NCBI GenBank assembly: GCA_000708835.1
Contig: DF237060.1
Span: 129,787 to 193,786, forward strand
From: Klebsormidium nitens
Lineage: Eukaryota; Plantae; Klebsormidiophyceae
Direction of reading: 5' to 3'
Length of the DNA stretch: 64,000 nucleotides
The notes under the pieces were generated by a model, which saw only the letters and a list, made by a program, of their open reading frames with translations, searched no databases and was not told where the DNA came from. Positions 25,536-37,800 of this stretch are shown piece after piece. The translations under genes and the position numbers were made by a program. Position 1 is the stretch's first letter. Each line of letters opens with the position of its first letter.

Positions 25536-26187
25536 GCAGTGGTGCATGGGGCCTTGAACCTTGTTTGGACTTTCTGCTTTTTGGAGTTTCTTCCCTTGAT
25601 TATTGGAGCTCTGTATTGGACCTGTTCGACATCGCACTGCCAAGGCAAATTCGCTAAGTAGAGCCGGTCGAAGCACGGAGTCAAAGCTAGAAGCAAGCTG
25701 ATTTCCTCAATTTTTGAACCATGATTTGCAGCTTTAGGCCAGACTCATGGTAGCGCGCAGCCAGTGGTGCATTTTTGCCTCTATCTTATACATTTTCAGC
25801 TAGATACAAACATAGCTAAGCCTGTGAAGCATAATTGGTTGCTGATCTGGTACACTTCATGCACAGTCGTCAAACGAGCAGGGCAACACCATATGGCCGA
25901 AGCTTGCGGCATATATAGTGTGATACTTTAGTGTGATGCAACAGTCGTTAAGAAGCTTCCACTTCATGTCACTGCAATCTTGAAACCATGCAAAAGGTTG
26001 ATGCGAACTGGACGGACGAATATACATGTTCTGACCTGGGCCCGGGGTACCGTACCTCTATTGGTACTGCACATGTACTATTATTGAGCTGTCGATTATA
26101 TTCAGCTGCTGTGTCAAGTTACATAAACATAATCGTCGCGCCAGCCGTTTATACAAGCAGAATACCAATTGTTTTGAGATTGACTAG

Positions 26188-29100
26188 CTATCCAGACGCT
26201 AGTCTGACTACAGGTTCTCTCCCACGAGACTGCATGAGAAAGTAATAAAGAACCGCTGCAGTCGTAAAGCCAACAACCCAAGCATTATTATAAACCGTCC
26301 TCCAAATAGGCGGTATGCTTGCCACGAACCCCGCCGCTTGCAGGAACCCTGGCACATTGGGCAACACCCCCACGGCAAGCGCAGTCAATGCGGCCGTATT
26401 ATACCCCCCCCGATACCAATACTCGCTGTCTGGTCCATACGTATACAAGGCATCAACGTTCAGTTTTCGTCTCCGCAAAATAAAGTAGTCTGTGATTACT
26501 ATCCCCCCGACAGGCCCCAAAAGGGCGGAGTAGCCGATGAGCCACGTGAAAATGAAGCCCTGCGTGCTCGAAATGAGGCGCCAGGGGGCTAAAACGAAGC
26601 CTAAGACGGCAGTGAGGAGCCCCCCCGCGCGGAAGCTGAAGCGCGTGGGGTCCAAGTTGACGAGGGCGTTCGCTGGCGCCACGACATTAGCCCTGCAGGA
26701 TAGACGTCTTTGTGAGATGCGCCGTAATAGGAGGGACTCTGGGCTGGGAACAAGATTCACAAGTCACCTTGAGTAGTCGACGGATGGAAGACGACCGTAC
26801 AATCAGACGTCCGGAATGAGCAGCGGCTGTTTGGAACGGGTCCTGATGGACGGGCCTCGATTCTGGTTTCAAAGGCCGTTATCAACACGGCATGGACAAT
26901 TGTTAGCACTATGGGTCTTTATTCTTCGTTGAGAGGTTTGCCGAGTCGCAACTCGTAAGGTTCTCAAGAAATAGAGGTAGATCGTTGAAACGAAGAGGTT
27001 CCTGGAAGCGAGAACGACATCAAGGTCTCTCGACCTGAGGGCAATTTAACATCTGATCGACCAGATTATCAAAAGGTCGTGCAATGACGTGGCAAGGCCC
27101 AAAACGTAATTAAGAGATATCACGTGTCAAAAAGCGAGCTTTGATGTTTCCTGAGAACCAAGAAAGTAGGTCCTTAACTACAAAAGTAAACATCAAACGA
27201 ACTTGCGTAAGCCAGGAGCCAGGCCGACAAATTATATCACCTAGAAGAAAACAATTGCGCGCTCCAACTCTCAAGCAGTCGAATCGTTTCTCACAAGCCA
27301 GCGGACGCTCTGAAGTCGAAATCCTTTCTGATGTTTGCAATTCCGTTGGGTCAGAATCAGGCCTAACCGTTCGGTTGTCGGTTCGCTCGACCTATGCTGC
27401 ATGCAGCCTCCCTTTCAGACTTCCTCAGTCCCATTCTTATGCAGGGTTTGTCAGCATGGGCCGCACAACTGTTGCAGACACTTGGAGCGCAATCCGAAAC
27501 TCCAAGTTGATTACGCAAAATTGTCGAAATGCTCACGCAATGTTCGTGGTCAGCGTCGCGAGCGTGAGCCCCAGCAGCGACAGCGCGATCGGAAGAACGC
27601 CCTCAATCCGTCCGAGGAGCGCGATTGGGTCCGAGATCGCCTCCCCAAAGATGACGACAGTCGCTGACGTCACGGCCAGGCCGACGAACGTGAACGCCGC
27701 CATGAAGAGCGGCAGGCCGATGGCTTGCCCCGTCAGCTGGTCCCGCTGACTGTGGGCGTACCTGGAAGGCGGGAGTAACGTCAGCGTACACGTCAGCATC
27801 CAGTAGGCAGAGAGTTAAGAGGACGAGCGGGCCTTAGCTCGCCGTCAGGATAGCGCGCGAGTGAGTCGTCGGTTGGTTCAGCCGCTTCGAGAAGGAGACT
27901 CCCAGCTAAAGGAGTTGTTTCACCTGGAAACCTCGGCGGCATGCTGAAGAAAAGGAAAGCGCTGTGCAGCGCAAAAGCGCTGTCGATGAGCGGAGACAAG
28001 AAGACGTGGACAGCTTCACTGAATGACACGGCTACGTACTCAGGAACGAAAAGACTGTAGGCAGTTGCAGGGTAATCGCAGAGGTTCTGCTAGATCTCGC
28101 TGAGAGTTGGCGAAATGAACCACCTCCGAGATCATAGTCCCTCATTACAAGCAAATCCTCCGTCCTCTGGCAGGTGTTCCAGAAGATCAGGTGGAAGAAG
28201 ACGGGAATGAAAGGAAAGAAAATAACGAAGGCACACAAGCGAATTCGTCGGTTGCTTGGAGATTGGCCGCTTCGCTCCACTTGGCTGCGGGGTGTAGAGA
28301 CGCACCTGGTGAAGTCGGGGATGTTCAGACTCAGCGTCGCCCAGAAGCCCACATTGGCCGTCAGGGACGGGAAGAAGGCAGACCAGAACTGGCCCTCTTT
28401 CGGCCCCCCCGGAACGAACTGAGACGGCGTCGAAAGCATGGAACCGAAACCCCCTGCCTGAGTGTAGGCCCATGCGAGAAGCGCGGCGCACATGAGAATA
28501 AGTACCGGGGCCGAGTACTTCTCGAGGTCGCGGATGGACTCAATTCCATTCCAGATGATCGCCACCTGCGTGAGGAGCGAGGCAAGCGTTTTGGTGCGAA
28601 TCGAACGAAAGATTAAGCAGAAAGCTTCAGCGTCAGTCATGTTAGGAAGGCAAGAACGCTTGACATTGTGTCTTAGAAGCCTGAGCTGGGGGCGATCGGA
28701 CGGCTTCAGGAGCCACTCCCTAAGCCACTTCAAAAGCTGAGGCCTATGATCCATCCTCAAACGGTTGCGACAGGCTTAAATCGTTCAACTTACTTCATGT
28801 GCGGAACCACTATGGGCTGGCTCGAATGACATGATCGCAAGTTAGCCTCCTTTTGTGGCCTAGCTTATAAGACTAGATCTCACTTTTTCAAAAATAAACA
28901 AAAGAGTTATTCGTTGAAGCTAAGAACGAGCGTACTTTCGACAAATGTACCTCTTTACTCGAATCCGCTACGTAGATAGGCTCTACGCTCCTCAAAACAA
29001 ATGCCGTTCCTCTGTGTTCACACACACAACTTTGTTCGACAAAACCGGTGGAAGGAGACCCACAAGTTCTTTGAGACTCCCCTCGGCTCGACCTCCCGGA

Positions 29101-31045
29101 TTACTTTTCAGTGTATGTCAGTCTGGGTCATCAATTCGAGAGGGATAACAGCCTAGGGGTTCTTAGTTGGTTCGAGCAAAGTCGCCATTCGCCTTTCACG
29201 GGTCTGGAACGAGTTGCTGCCCATTCCGCCCGAGTGGACAGAAGAGCCTTTTTAAGAAGCGATTGACCTTCTTCCCGACCCTTTGCTCCGTCCTCGTGCC
29301 CAACTCGAGGAGGCCGCCGATCTTCCTCACTCGACTCAAAGGTTCTCAGAAGCACGTGAAGCTCTCGGGTCTTGGCCCCCAACAAATCGCAGCAAAAATT
29401 TTATCTCCATCAGACGCAACCCCAGTCTGAACTCGGATTCATGAACGGTAAGAAGCTGACTCAGGAAGGAGAAACAGAACCGTCCACCAACCTGGAGGCT
29501 CCAGAAGACGAAGAAGGACGCGAGTTCAGGCACCGACGTTCCTAGCCAGGGGGTAGGAGGCTGGGCCAATTTACCCCCCAGGCAGGCGTTGGCCAGGGTA
29601 TAGATAGCCTGTCCCCCCACCCAGGACTGAATTCCGAACCAACCGCAGGCAACAAGGGCGCGGAGAAGGGAGGGGATGTTGGTGCCGAGAATTCCGAAGC
29701 TGGCGCGGCTTAGAACGGGGAAGGGGATCCCATACTTGGTTCCAGGGTGGCCTGCGCAGAGGAATGCAATTAATGCAGTGAACAATAAGCTCAGCAAAGA
29801 ACAGGTTTCAGTGCTGAGACAGGCGGGGTTTGTAAGGGGATTAGGGTGGGTACGCGGTGTGGAGCGCATGAATCTTTGGTTTGTGTTTTCAGTCAGGTTG
29901 AGGTTTGTTGTTTGATGAGCTTCAGTTCACAAGCGCGGGGTAGGGGTGACAGGATGGTCGTGAGCATGATTTTGACGACTTACTGTTTCTGACATCCGCA
30001 GATTTGTGAACAAAACTGGCTGGACAACCGTGATTTTGTGAAAATGTCGCGGCCGAAAGTGGGAAGGGACAGCGCAACCAAACTCACAAAGTCTCAGGGG
30101 TTGGTTCTGCATAAAAAGACTTGACTCCTCACAAGCAGCCCTCTCTGATGAATAATTCCAATGTAGAGCACTTTGGTTGCAGGCCTCTGCATTAATGACG
30201 ACCACACTGTAGTGTGATGACAAGCCACCCTTGATGTTCTGACATCTCCATTAGTTTTCGTAACACTCAAGTTGACTTCAGAACTGGGCATCGATTCATT
30301 CTCACCATTGAGTATCATTGGCAGCAGGACCAATAAGTTGCCACAAAAGACCGTCACTACCCCCTGCCACCAGGACATCCCCATTTCAACTAGCGACCCC
30401 GCCAGATAATAGGTCGGCACCTGTATGAAGAGGGCCAAGAATTTGATTCAGAAAGTAGTTCAAGACTTTCACAAGCAAAGAGAGGGCGCAGACTGCCTGA
30501 TTGTGGAGGGCGCTTGGTGCGTGCAGTGCTTGCGCATCAATCTATTGGTGGCTGAGTTTGGAGGCTTCAACAAATCTTGCATTTTTACGTCAGCTCCAAC
30601 GAGATAAAGGGACTCGAACAGGCCAGCTGACACAATGAGAAAAGATTCTCCGAGGCACATTGCAGTCGTGTGAGTAAAAATTCCGCACCGCAACCACCAG
30701 GCCGATCCAAAGTGAGGTCAGGTCCCAAATTGAGAAGATTCGCCCCTCAGGCATCGTCGGTTGGAAGTCCTCATTGATCAGAGAGGGGTGCGGGTTCTTG
30801 GGGAGTGAGGGCTCTATGGGCTCAAGGAGGGCGGCTGTGAAAGTTGGGGCAGAAGAGTCAGGTGGAAGGGGGCTCTCGTCTTTTGCGACTGCTCTGACGG
30901 CGTGCGTTGTTTTACGAAGTTTTCTTGGCCGTTGCTTGTAGGGCAAGGATGGAGACTGTGGGGGTAGTGGAGACCGCTTCAGAGAGAAAGCAGATGTAGC
31001 TGAGTGAGAGCTCTTTGAAAAGCAGCAGTGGCGCTGATGTAGCAT
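26188..31045 (-). CDS. NCS1: Nucleobase:cation symporter-1 (NCS1/PLUTO-like purine/uracil/allantoin permease), probably plastid-targeted
   Basis: Exons 31045(or 31183)-30689, 30420-30306, 29751-29492, 28565-28306, 27761-27537, 26692-26188. Hallmarks: [95 protein letters not shown]. Ser/Arg/Pro-rich N-terminus resembles a transit peptide. Confidence 0.93.
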
Positions 31046-31837
31046 TGTGCCGGGCTGCAGATTGGATCTGGTGATGCGACTAATAAACGCAGAATGCTGT
31101 GCCAGCGACTCGCGTCCGCCTGACAGGTGACCGATCCTTGGCGTACAAGTCCCATGTTTGATCTTCAAGAGTTGCGATCCCATCTTTTCAGAGATCAACG
31201 CTCGCGAAGTTGCAAGATCGCTTCGAACTCAAGAGAGGCCTGATTAGTCAGATTCTTTGCGCCGCCGGAGGAGCTGGGCTGGCCAGCATTCCCCTTCGTT
31301 GAAGCTCGGATCACCAAAAGCAGCTGCCAGCCAGGGCTAAGCTGCATTGGAGGAAGGAGATCACCTTGGAGAAGGAGCTACCTAGCACGTCAAATGCAGC
31401 GAGCATATGTAGCGCTTTCAGAACATGAAGCCGTCGTTCTCAGAGTCATAGCACCATGCAATGGCAGTGCTGGTCAGCTCAATGTGGTGATCAGGACGAG
31501 GGTTAGCGTGACGGGTTTGTAGCCCTCGTCGTACAGCCCGTATTTGGATCTCGAGGGGGCACCGGAGCCATCTTTCGAGATCTACTACAGTCATACTTGG
31601 TCGCTGCGATATGGCTATTATGAAGCCCCCCCTAGAGTCCAAAACGGACCCTAACCTCGACTTAATTAACGAATTCATAACCCACATTCTCTCAATTAGG
31701 GTTCCGTTTGCCCGCTCTCACTTCTTGAAAGTTCACGTTCCACCTTCTCTTTTGCATATTGGGGTTTGACCATTTTTGGCGGAACCTCCCTTGTGCAGCA
31801 CTGTAAGATCCCCGGAAGCCCCTTAGGAGGGGCAGCA
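31046..31837. promoter_or_regulatory. Probable bidirectional promoter/5' UTR region between NCS1 (-) and the Sfi1-Kelch gene (+)
   Basis: Position only: head-to-head starts under 0.8 kb apart. No core motifs identified. Confidence 0.3.
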
Positions 31838-34800
31838 ATGGAGCTCGGGGCTATCGGCAGTCCCAGACAGGTGAGCGGTTTGGGCAAAGGCGGTAGACCA
31901 GAAACTTATGCAATGCATCTGGAGATGGACAATTCTCACCACTCAGGCAGTTGACAGGTTCCTTCTACTTTCTCTTAGAAAGGTTGAGCGTCATGTGGAT
32001 AATTCATATAAGAAGGGGTCCCTTGTGTTCTCCTTTTCTCAAAGCAGTCCACTAAGTAGCGGTGCCACCATGGTTTGTCAGGGTGTCTGATTGATTGTTG
32101 CATAGCCAGGTGGGAATGAGAGCACGTACATCACAATAAAGATCGAGCATCTCATTAGACATAAGTAGCAGTGAGTGGTGGTGGTTGAGGATTGTGTGGG
32201 GTGATTTAAAGATGGAATGAATCAAGAACTGTTGACTGGTGAAGCTTGAGTACCCTTGAAAGTTCAGGGAGGTCAGGCCCTGACAAGACCTTTTCTAAAA
32301 GCAGACTGGAAAGGCACGAGTTAAAGAGTTCTTTCTTCTCCTCTTTTATTTATCAGGGGTTTCAGTCTTCCAAGTGGGAGTATCAGAAGAATAGCACAAT
32401 CCTGGAGCTAGAGGCCAGGAACAGGGCGCTCCAAGATCGGTTAGCAGAAGCAGCTCAAGCCCCAAAGCCGCCAGTATTGGAAGGGGCAGCGGGCCAGAAT
32501 ATCAAGGACAGAGTCAACCTTGAGGAGTTATTGGCATCGATCAGGGGCCCCTCACAATTGATGGAGCAGACGGTGCAGTTGAAACCGAGGGGGGGAAGCG
32601 GGATCAAGGTATGATGCTCCAGATGAGCCTTTCAAATTTGCTGAAACTCGCTGCTTTAAGCAGTGAGACATCTAGGAAAAGCCACACTTGTCCACATCAG
32701 CTGTTGTTTCTTTCTGTTTCCTTGAGTGTCTGACCTTTGACAGTTGCTGGATCTCTCGCCGGTTCCGCTTGAAATTTTCGACAAAAGAGAACCATGTTTC
32801 AGAGTCTTAGAGGACGCTAGGTCCCTGTGGTTTTTTGTAATTTTGACAGCTCTTACAAGCGGATAAGTGGCCCTCTTTTGGAGTTTAAACCTGCCAATCA
32901 TGAAGTCCGCAAGAAGGTTGACCTGTGAAGGGAACGAAGTTCCGTATGAAAAAGCAGGTCATCCCAGGGGCATGCTCGATTCTGGTCAAGAACCTGAACG
33001 CTTATTTTGAGAGCATCCTCAGAAATATGACATCTCATCAAGCTCATTTGAAAAAGCTTTATAGGTTTCAAAGTCATCAACACGTATGAAGACAGGGAGG
33101 ATCAATCGATTCCATCGCACAGGCAAGATATGTTATCCGATTGTGCAGATCCCAGGCTCCCAGTGGGAATGGCACAAGAACTCAGCCTTATTGGAACTAG
33201 AGCGGAGGAACCAAGCCCTGAGGCGCCAGCTGGACGCTGCAGAGCTCGCCTCTCTAGAGCAGAAGGCCCTGGCAGAGCGGGAGCGGCAGTTGTTCCAGGA
33301 GCTGCTGCAGAGGGAAGCGCAAAACGATGCCGTGCTGCGCAAGGCCTCTGCGGTTAAGCAGAGGCTTTTAGATCGGGCCCAGGCAGCAGTGGATGCGCAA
33401 GTCATGCTGAACGCGCTGGGGGGGTGGAGGGAGGCAACTAGAGCAGCGAGAAAAAAGAAGCTGTTGGGGAGGTTGTTGGTGATTTGGAGAAAGGAAGAGC
33501 TGCGAAAGGGGCTCAGAGCATTTCGAGAAGGCTTGGAGGTGCTGAGGGCGAAAGCTGAGAAAATGGCAGCGGCTGAGACGTTTAGGAGGGTGACTCTGGA
33601 ACGAAGAGCGGCCTTTTCTTGGGGCGTTTTGATTGGGCGCTCGAGATGGAGGAAGGAGGTTATGGAGCGGGTTAGGGAGTCGAGATTGAGGTTGACCGGG
33701 ACCTTTGTGTTTGCCGGCTGGCGGGAGACGTGTTGGGACCGACAACGTAAGCGGCTGGCGGCGCAGAGAGCCGTTGCATGGCGTAGGAGGACTCTTTTGA
33801 GAACGGGCTGGGTCGCCTGGAGGGCTGAGCAAGACGCGAGCGCACAGAAAGCTGTTGAGGCGGAAGCTCTTTACTGCAAGCATATTCTGGAAAGGTGGAA
33901 CAGGGTGACTGCACTTTCCCGCCTACTGAAAAGCAGGACTGGTGAATTCGGTATTTGGCGGGCCAAGCACTGCCTTAAGGCATGGGGTCAAGCGGCACAA
34001 AGCGAGAGGCAGAGGAAGCAGCAGGTGAAGTCGATGCAGACAGCGTGGCAGGCCCGTGTTCAAGGGTGCGCTTTCCAAGGCTGGTTCGAGTTGGTCGAGC
34101 GGAAGCGCTTCCTGCGGACTTGCAGTCAGGAGATACAGAAGAAGATGGCGACTCGGATCCAGAGGTGGGGTTGGGATGTCGTCGTAAAGCTGCGAAGGGT
34201 TAAACTTTACAGAGAAAGAACGCTTTTGAGAAGGAAGCAGTCATTGCTGAGAGCGTGGAGTAGCTGGTGTTCGGGAAAATTGCGGCACCGCGCTTTGGTC
34301 AGTAGGGAATTGCAGCGAGGCCGGCGCAGTGCGTTGAGGAGGGCGATTGTGGCGTGGAAGTCGGTGACTGGTGAGTCCGAGACGCAAAGTGTGCGCCTAT
34401 AGGGCACGAAAGAGAGAGAACGAAGTCCGATGATGTCTGAAGTTTGAACGTTTATGCAGTGATCGGGAGCAAAAAACGTGCAATCTGAAACATACATGAT
34501 GACTATGTTGGGAAACATAGTACTCGACGACTGAAATGGTACACTTCGTGTTTTGGCAGTCACCAACAGCCCGCTCTTTGTCTACTCTTCAAAGACAAAG
34601 TAATAAAGAGCCAAAGTGACTGATCCATTTGATGGAACCACTTAGGCTGCCAAGCAGTCGGTGCTCTTTCTCGCTCTGAAGGAGGAGCATGCGGCAACAC
34701 TCGCTGCTGGTCACTTGGATTGACGCTCGTTATCCTGCGTACTTCCTGCTTCTGCCAGAAGGAGATTTTAAAAATCATTCTGCAACGCATTGACCTTTTA

Positions 34801-37800
34801 CTTTTTGTTTCCAGATGAGGGCGTACGTCTACAGCTTGAGGACTCTTCCGCTCGCTTCTCCGAGCGGATCCACGACTTGGAAGCCAAGCTGTCTGCTGCC
34901 AAGACGGCGCAGAGCGAGGCCCTGTCATGGTTGGAGGAGTACCAGGCGGAGAGGCGCACACTGCTGGCCTCAGCGGAGCTGGCGAACGCGCGGACGCCCG
35001 TCTGGAGCAGCGGAATGCTAGACGGTAGGTCCGCGGATGCCGGTTGACTGGTTGCGGGGCGCTCAAATCTGGGCGCTCAAATCTGACGGACCTGTTTTGA
35101 CAGACCGTAGCGGGTCGTACAACCGAACATCCATTGCTGGTGCCGAAATTAAGGGTCCGCATCTTTTTGGTCGACATCCTGCTAATGTAGTTGCATTCTC
35201 ACTTTGAATAGAGTTCGTCGTTCGATGTTGATGACCGTCCGGTGCTTGACCGTCTGAGACTACCTTCGTCGCGAACCGTAAAGCCTTTCTTTGACACCAA
35301 GGTTCAGATCCCTTGGCGGTGAATCATTCACAGGCCTAAAAGGCAAGGGAAGAGCGAGACAACAGGTTTTGTGTACAGATGTTTTCTTGCTTTGTGCAGC
35401 GGAGCTCCGCTGGCGAGCTGTGGGCTCTGCCGGCGGCCTCAGCCCTCGGTCCGGACACTCCGCTGCCGCGCTGTTCGAAGACCCGGACGAAGTCGGAGCA
35501 GCTCCGAGGGGGGTCGTCGTCTTTGGGGGCTGGAATGGCACGGAGTGGTTTAACGACGCGTACCTTTTCGACTCGGGTAAGTCGCACGATCGGAAGTGTC
35601 GGTCAGGATGACGTGGCAACCATTCTGTGCCGCTTTTGTCGTTTCACTGCTGTAGAGCAAGCGTTACTTAGGGTGGTGGCATACTCCTTGTCGCCACTGT
35701 CTTCGCTTGCCTGGGGCGTAAGCCGCGAGGGTGTGGCCGCCGGGACCATATGATAATCGCATGCGAACAGAGTAACTCCCACTTTGACGGTTTTGTTGCG
35801 GCCGTAAAAGATACTTTCCACAGAGGTGACTTCGTGCCATTGTATCTGAGCTTTTATTATCACCGTCTTTCGACCACAGAGAGTCAAGTCTGGACGGAGG
35901 TGGTGTCAGAACTTTCAGAAGCACCACTGGCGCGCAACGACCACTGCGCGTGCGCCATCCCCGGGAGGCGGATGCTCGTCTTTGGGGGCTTCGACGGGAG
36001 CGACGAGTTAGCGGACCTGCACGTTTTGACCGTGGACGAGGACGGAAGTAAGTGAACGTACCGCCCTTTCCTTTCCGCTTAGAAGTCGGCGGCCTGCCGC
36101 TTCCCGGAACCCTTTGCTTTGTCGCAACGGATGAGCACTTCAGCTCGCATGGGTGTCATAGGACGACGCTCTTGAATATGTCTGACGTACCTGCTGTTGG
36201 GACGACGTGAGTACAAAAAAGGGCGCTTTCTCTGGAGCTTCAGTAGCGCAAGGTTTCGCATTAGAGTCGCTGTGTCTGCGGTTGTCCGTGGTTGATGTCT
36301 GCCCGATGTCTGCCTGCCTAGGGGACTCTTTGATACATCCATTCCCGCTTCCACTGTTCGGGTTGGCTTACAAGCCTTTTTCACGCCGAAATGCAATATC
36401 GAAAGAAGTACAATCAGAAGATATCTCGGTTCTCGGCAATCTGCAAATCCTCAGCCCCTCCCCCGCGTCCCTCCAGGCACTTTCCACTGGTCTCAGCCCG
36501 ACCTCGGCATCGGCGCGCGCCCTGGCCCCCTCTCCCACGCCTCCTGCTGCCTGCTGCCGTCAGGCCGCCACGTGGCCCTTTTTGGCGGGTACCGTTCCGG
36601 TTCCGGCCTGCTGAACGAGCTGTGGGTGCTGGAACTGGACCGCTGGGAGTGGAGCCAGCCGGAGGTGGCGGGGGATCCCCCTCGGGCACGGAGGGGCCAC
36701 GTGATGGAGGTGCTCGGGGACCTGGTGGTGGTGCACGGGGGGTACGACGGGCAGGCGCATCTGAGCGACCTCTATGTGCTGGTAGGTGCGACATATTGGG
36801 CGGCATTTGTGTGCTGGTAACTTGCAAGACATGTGGGCGACTTTCGTGTGCTGGTAAGTGCGAATTATCTGGGCGACTTTTGTGTGCTGATAAGTGCGAG
36901 ATCATTGCGGCGACTTTCACGTGCTGGTAAGTTGCGAAAGCGCTTCGCAGGTCGCAGCTAACGAGAGGATTCATTGTTTTGTGCGTACGTTATCACGTTT
37001 CTGGGGTCCTCTTGAACGTGAGTACGGAAGCGGAAGTAAACTTTTGGACTCCGGTGCAAGAAGCCGCTTGGTAAAATGGAGGTGGTCTGTTGGTTCTCTT
37101 CTTCACCCAGCTTCAGTGAAGGAGCTTTAGTGCGATCCTCGTCAGAGGCGTCTGCGTTTTCTTGGTATGCCTCTTGTTGAGAGGAAACCAGACCTAAGTA
37201 GAGTTTCGTGTTTGTCCACAGGACCTGAATACCATGGTCTGGCGGAGAGTCGACCCCGTTGGGGACGTACCGGCCCCCAGGCGAGGCCACGTGTCCACTG
37301 CCATCGGGCGTCACGTGCTCATCCACGGCGGCTTCGACGGAGCCGACTACCTGGATGACGTGTACACGCTCGACATCGACGGCTTCATCTGGCTCCAAAG
37401 AGCTCCGATGACGTCAGCAGCCGACCACGTGGAACTAGTCGGGGAGCTGGGGGCGCCACATCGGGAGCTGCGAGAGATCGATCCAAACGTCGGCGCGAGG
37501 GCGGGAACGATGAAAGGCGTGGGAAGAGTGCGGGCAAGCGAAGTTGAAGGGGGCATCGCGGATGAGAACGACAGGCGCCCGGGAAATGCGGACCGCTCGG
37601 AAGCCGCAAAGCAAACCAAGAGGATAAGCTCGACTACCGGTCGGGATCCAGAGAAGTACGAGACGGGAAAAGGTGCCGCTACGTTGCAATTCAATGGCGC
37701 CCCGAAACGGGAACCTTTTCCGGAGGGACGGGCGTTCCATCAGGCCGTGTTCGACGGTCACCGGGTCGTCGTGATCGGCGGCGCCCATTCACACTCCGTC

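Noticed and set aside
36776-36935. CRISPR-like array (~36-bp periodicity)
   Set aside because: Eukaryotic intron, units are degenerate tandem copies without unique spacers, no cas genes.
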